From Clostridia bacterium (GTDB lineage: Bacteria; Bacillota; Clostridia; UBA1212; DUPL01), in assembly GCA_050951325.1 (NCBI GenBank), contig JBMNIW010000005.1, positions 128,001 to 192,000 of the forward strand: a stretch of 64,000 bases of DNA, written 5' to 3'. Position 1 is the first letter of the stretch, and each line of letters begins with the position of its first letter. This document shows, in pieces, positions 61,262 through 64,000 of this stretch. The translations under genes and the position numbers were made by a program. Under the pieces are notes generated by a model. It was not told the DNA's origin, did no database searches, and saw only the letters and a program-made list of their open reading frames with translations.

Positions 61262-63253
61262 ATGCAAAAATACATAAACATCATTTTATCTTTTCTTTTG
61301 TTTGCAACGATTCTGCCAGGTCGTGCCGTTTCCCATGCAAGTGATCCTTCTACATGGACTGCAGTAGACGGTCTTGGAAGGAAACTGCCCGATCAAAGCG
61401 AAGTGGGCAGTGTTCGAAAAGACAGGTATGTAGGTATTTTTTACTGGACCTGGCATGACTTTTTTTCTGTGTGGGAGCCAAGGAATATTACAAAGATATT
61501 GGAGGAACATCCGGAAGCTGCAAATGATTTTTCTCATGCTGCCTGGGGCAATATGCCCAGTGGTTCTCCATATTTCTGGAATGAACCCATGTTTGGATAT
61601 TACAGCAGCAAGGATGTTTATGTTCTAAGAAAGCATGCGGAGCTTTTGGCAGATGCCTTGATTGATGTGATTGTGTTCGACTGCACGAATGATACCAACT
61701 TGTTTCTTGATGCTGCCAATGTGCTGTTCAAGGTGTTTGAGCAGGCTAAAGAGGAAGGTGTAAATGTTCCCAAATTTGCCTTTATGTTAAATATTAATCC
61801 TACAGTCATGATGGAAAACAACAGAATCGAACTTAGGGAATTGTACGAAAAGATTTACAAACTGGAGAAATACAAGGATCTGTGGTTCTACTGGGAAGGA
61901 AAACCAATAGTATTTTCTACTGACAAATGTTTGGATGCCTCTGATCCTTTGGAGAAGGAAATATTAGATTTCTTTACATTCAGAAGAATGGATGACATGT
62001 TTGATACCAAGGATACGAAGTATGAGGACAAGATGTGGGGGTGGCTATCCGTATACCCACAGACCAAGTATGGTGTGAGAGATGATGGAACTGTAGAACA
62101 GATGGCTGTTGGTATCGCCCAAAACTATAGTGATGAACATCGTTTGACGGCAATGAATGATCCAAGAGGTGGAGTGCATGGAAGAAGTTTTGCTGCAAAC
62201 GACTATTCATACTCCTATACTTACAAAGGCAAAACCATAACTGTTGATTCTAATACGGAAAACAAGATTTTGTATGGTCTTAATTTTCAGCAACAGTGGG
62301 ATTATGCATTATCTGTTGATCCGGATTTTATTTTTGTGACTGGTTGGAACGAGTGGATTGCAGGCAGATGGGAAAAGTGGATTGATGTTGACAATGCCTT
62401 TCCTGATCAATACAACGATGAATACAGCAGGGATATTGAACCTTCAAATGGATTTCTAAAGGATCATTACTATTACCAGCTGGTAGCAAATGTTAGAAGA
62501 TTCAAGGGAGTTAATGATACTGCCATACATGGTGAAATGAAAACTATTGATATTCATGGAGACATATCCCAGTGGAATGATGTAAAAGCAGAATATGTGC
62601 ATTATACAGGGAATACTCCAAAGAGGAGGAGTCACAAGGGATATGGAAGGACAAAATACACCTCCGACACGATGCGAAATGACATTGTGAAGGCAAAAGT
62701 TGCATATGATGAAAAGCATGTATACTTTTATGTTGAAACTGTAGACGCTTTGACAAGTCCTTCCGATAACGCATGGATGAGATTGTTTTTGGATGTTGAC
62801 TCTGATGATATGTTGGATTGGGAAGGCTTTGAGTATGTAGTTAACAGACTGTCTCCTTCTGAAAAAAAAGCTGTTCTGGAAAGAAGTCTGGGAGGCTGGA
62901 ATTGGGAGAAAGTAGGGGATGTAGAGTACTCGGTAAAGGGTAACGTGTTGCAGCTTGCTTTACCTAGGAACATGATAGGCATGGAGAAGGCGGTCAACTT
63001 TAATTTCAAATGGGTTGACAATACTCAGGAAGATGGCGACATTATGGATTTTTACAAGTCCGGAGATTCTGCACCTATAGGTAGATTTTCATTTGTATTC
63101 AGAAGTACGCCCCTTGACAGCAGCGTGGAAAGACAAGGATTGACATTGCCCTGGTATACTTATCTTTCCATGATTGTGGCGGTTATAAGTGTTCTGATGG
63201 CAGTTGGGTTCAGGTTGTTTGTTGTTAAAAGAAAGCTCAAATCATCTTCTTGA
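61262..63253 (+). CDS. Secreted, C-terminally anchored GH99/GH71-like glycoside hydrolase
   Basis: DGLGR, VGIFYW.WH, FWNEPMFGYY, RKHA, VTGWNEWIA, DQYN.EYSRDIEP; paralog of 33316..35904. Confidence 0.75.
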   Translation: MQKYINIILSFLLFATILPGRAVSHASDPSTWTAVDGLGRKLPDQSEVGSVRKDRYVGIFYWTWHDFFSVWEPRNITKILEEHPEAANDFSHAAWGNMPSGSPYFWNEPMFGYYSSKDVYVLRKHAELLADALIDVIVFDCTNDTNLFLDAANVLFKVFEQAKEEGVNVPKFAFMLNINPTVMMENNRIELRELYEKIYKLEKYKDLWFYWEGKPIVFSTDKCLDASDPLEKEILDFFTFRRMDDMFDTKDTKYEDKMWGWLSVYPQTKYGVRDDGTVEQMAVGIAQNYSDEHRLTAMNDPRGGVHGRSFAANDYSYSYTYKGKTITVDSNTENKILYGLNFQQQWDYALSVDPDFIFVTGWNEWIAGRWEKWIDVDNAFPDQYNDEYSRDIEPSNGFLKDHYYYQLVANVRRFKGVNDTAIHGEMKTIDIHGDISQWNDVKAEYVHYTGNTPKRRSHKGYGRTKYTSDTMRNDIVKAKVAYDEKHVYFYVETVDALTSPSDNAWMRLFLDVDSDDMLDWEGFEYVVNRLSPSEKKAVLERSLGGWNWEKVGDVEYSVKGNVLQLALPRNMIGMEKAVNFNFKWVDNTQEDGDIMDFYKSGDSAPIGRFSFVFRSTPLDSSVERQGLTLPWYTYLSMIVAVISVLMAVGFRLFVVKRKLKSSS

Positions 63254-63983
63254 TTTTGTCGTATTCCAAATATCCCCCAAAAATGTCCAGAGCGCTGCCT
63301 ACTGTGTAATCGACCTTGTTTTTACCTATGAGTTTGATTCTGTCAATATCGTCGTAGGAGGATATGCCTCCTGCATATGTAACGGGAATAGGGGAAGAGG
63401 ACAGTATTTCAACGAGTTTTTCGTCGATACCTGCCTTTTTTCCTTCTTTTGATATTGCATGAATAAGATATTCATCACAAAAGAATGAGAAGTACTCAAG
63501 TGTTTCTTCGTTTAGAATTGTGTTTGTAATCTTTGTCCATCTATCTGTTGCTATATGGTAGTTGTTGTCCTTTTCGATACAACTAAGATCAAGCACAAGT
63601 CTTTCTTTACCGCACAACTTGACCAATTTGCTCAAATTGTCCATTTCTATTCTGCCATCGTGAAATATGAAAGAAGTAACGATAACATGGGATGCACCTA
63701 AAGAAAGGTATTTTAGGCAATTGTCTGCATTAATGCCTCCTCCAATTTGCATTCCTGAAGGAAAGGCTTTCAATGCCTTTATTGCTTCCTCTTCAGTCTT
63801 TTTTGACTTGCAGAGTTTTATAACATGGCCGCCTTTGAGGTTGTCTTTCTTAAAGAGATTTGCGTAATATTCCGCATCTTTTGTTGAAACAAAATTTTCA
63901 AGCACACTATTATCGCTTATAGAGCTTCCAACTATCTGCTTTACTTTTCCTTCATGTATGTCAATACAGGGCCTGAATCTCAT
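63237..63983 (-). CDS. hisA: ProFAR isomerase, eukaryotic (HIS6)-type
   Basis: MRFRPCIDIHEGKVKQIVG, GGHVI, QIGGGI, SHVIVTS, LVLDLSC, VTYAGG, TVGSALDIFGG. Confidence 0.92.
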   Translation of the reverse strand: MRFRPCIDIHEGKVKQIVGSSISDNSVLENFVSTKDAEYYANLFKKDNLKGGHVIKLCKSKKTEEEAIKALKAFPSGMQIGGGINADNCLKYLSLGASHVIVTSFIFHDGRIEMDNLSKLVKLCGKERLVLDLSCIEKDNNYHIATDRWTKITNTILNEETLEYFSFFCDEYLIHAISKEGKKAGIDEKLVEILSSSPIPVTYAGGISSYDDIDRIKLIGKNKVDYTVGSALDIFGGYLEYDKIKKMI

Positions 63984-64000
63984 AATTGCCTCCATGCTAA

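Overview
Low-GC, spore-forming Clostridia chromosome segment; 16S signatures suggest a Ruminococcaceae/Acetivibrio-like lineage (inference). It is mostly housekeeping and sporulation genes: SASP, scpAB, ytfI/ytfJ, rluB, ftsK, xth, cotJABC, fba, PPi-type pfk, ilvE, pdxK, nagA, prmC, ftcD and hisA. It also holds one complete rRNA operon (16S-tRNA-Ala-23S-5S-tRNA-Asn), six further tRNAs, glycan-active genes (CE15, two GH99/GH71-like, one GH106-like) and two insertion sequences on either side of tRNA-Thr(GGT): a Cys-rich IS30-family element with a 13-bp target duplication and six 16-bp subterminal repeats, and an IS1634-family element with an 85-87-bp target duplication. No CRISPR array or prophage was seen. 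Best candidates for undescribed biology: (1) an operon of HAD phosphatase, nucleosidase, spore-photoproduct-lyase-like radical SAM enzyme lacking the repair residues, SDR and MBL hydrolase; (2) an ftsK split at an A9 run with an SD-like sequence upstream and a hairpin downstream, a possible programmed frameshift; (3) two tandem structured ncRNA-like units upstream of a tRNA operon; (4) the IS30 end architecture; (5) several intact ORFs with lost catalytic motifs. Small indels at 52.7-53.3 kb and 57.0 kb suggest some consensus errors, so all frameshift claims need read-level checking. All family calls come from motif recognition, not database searches.
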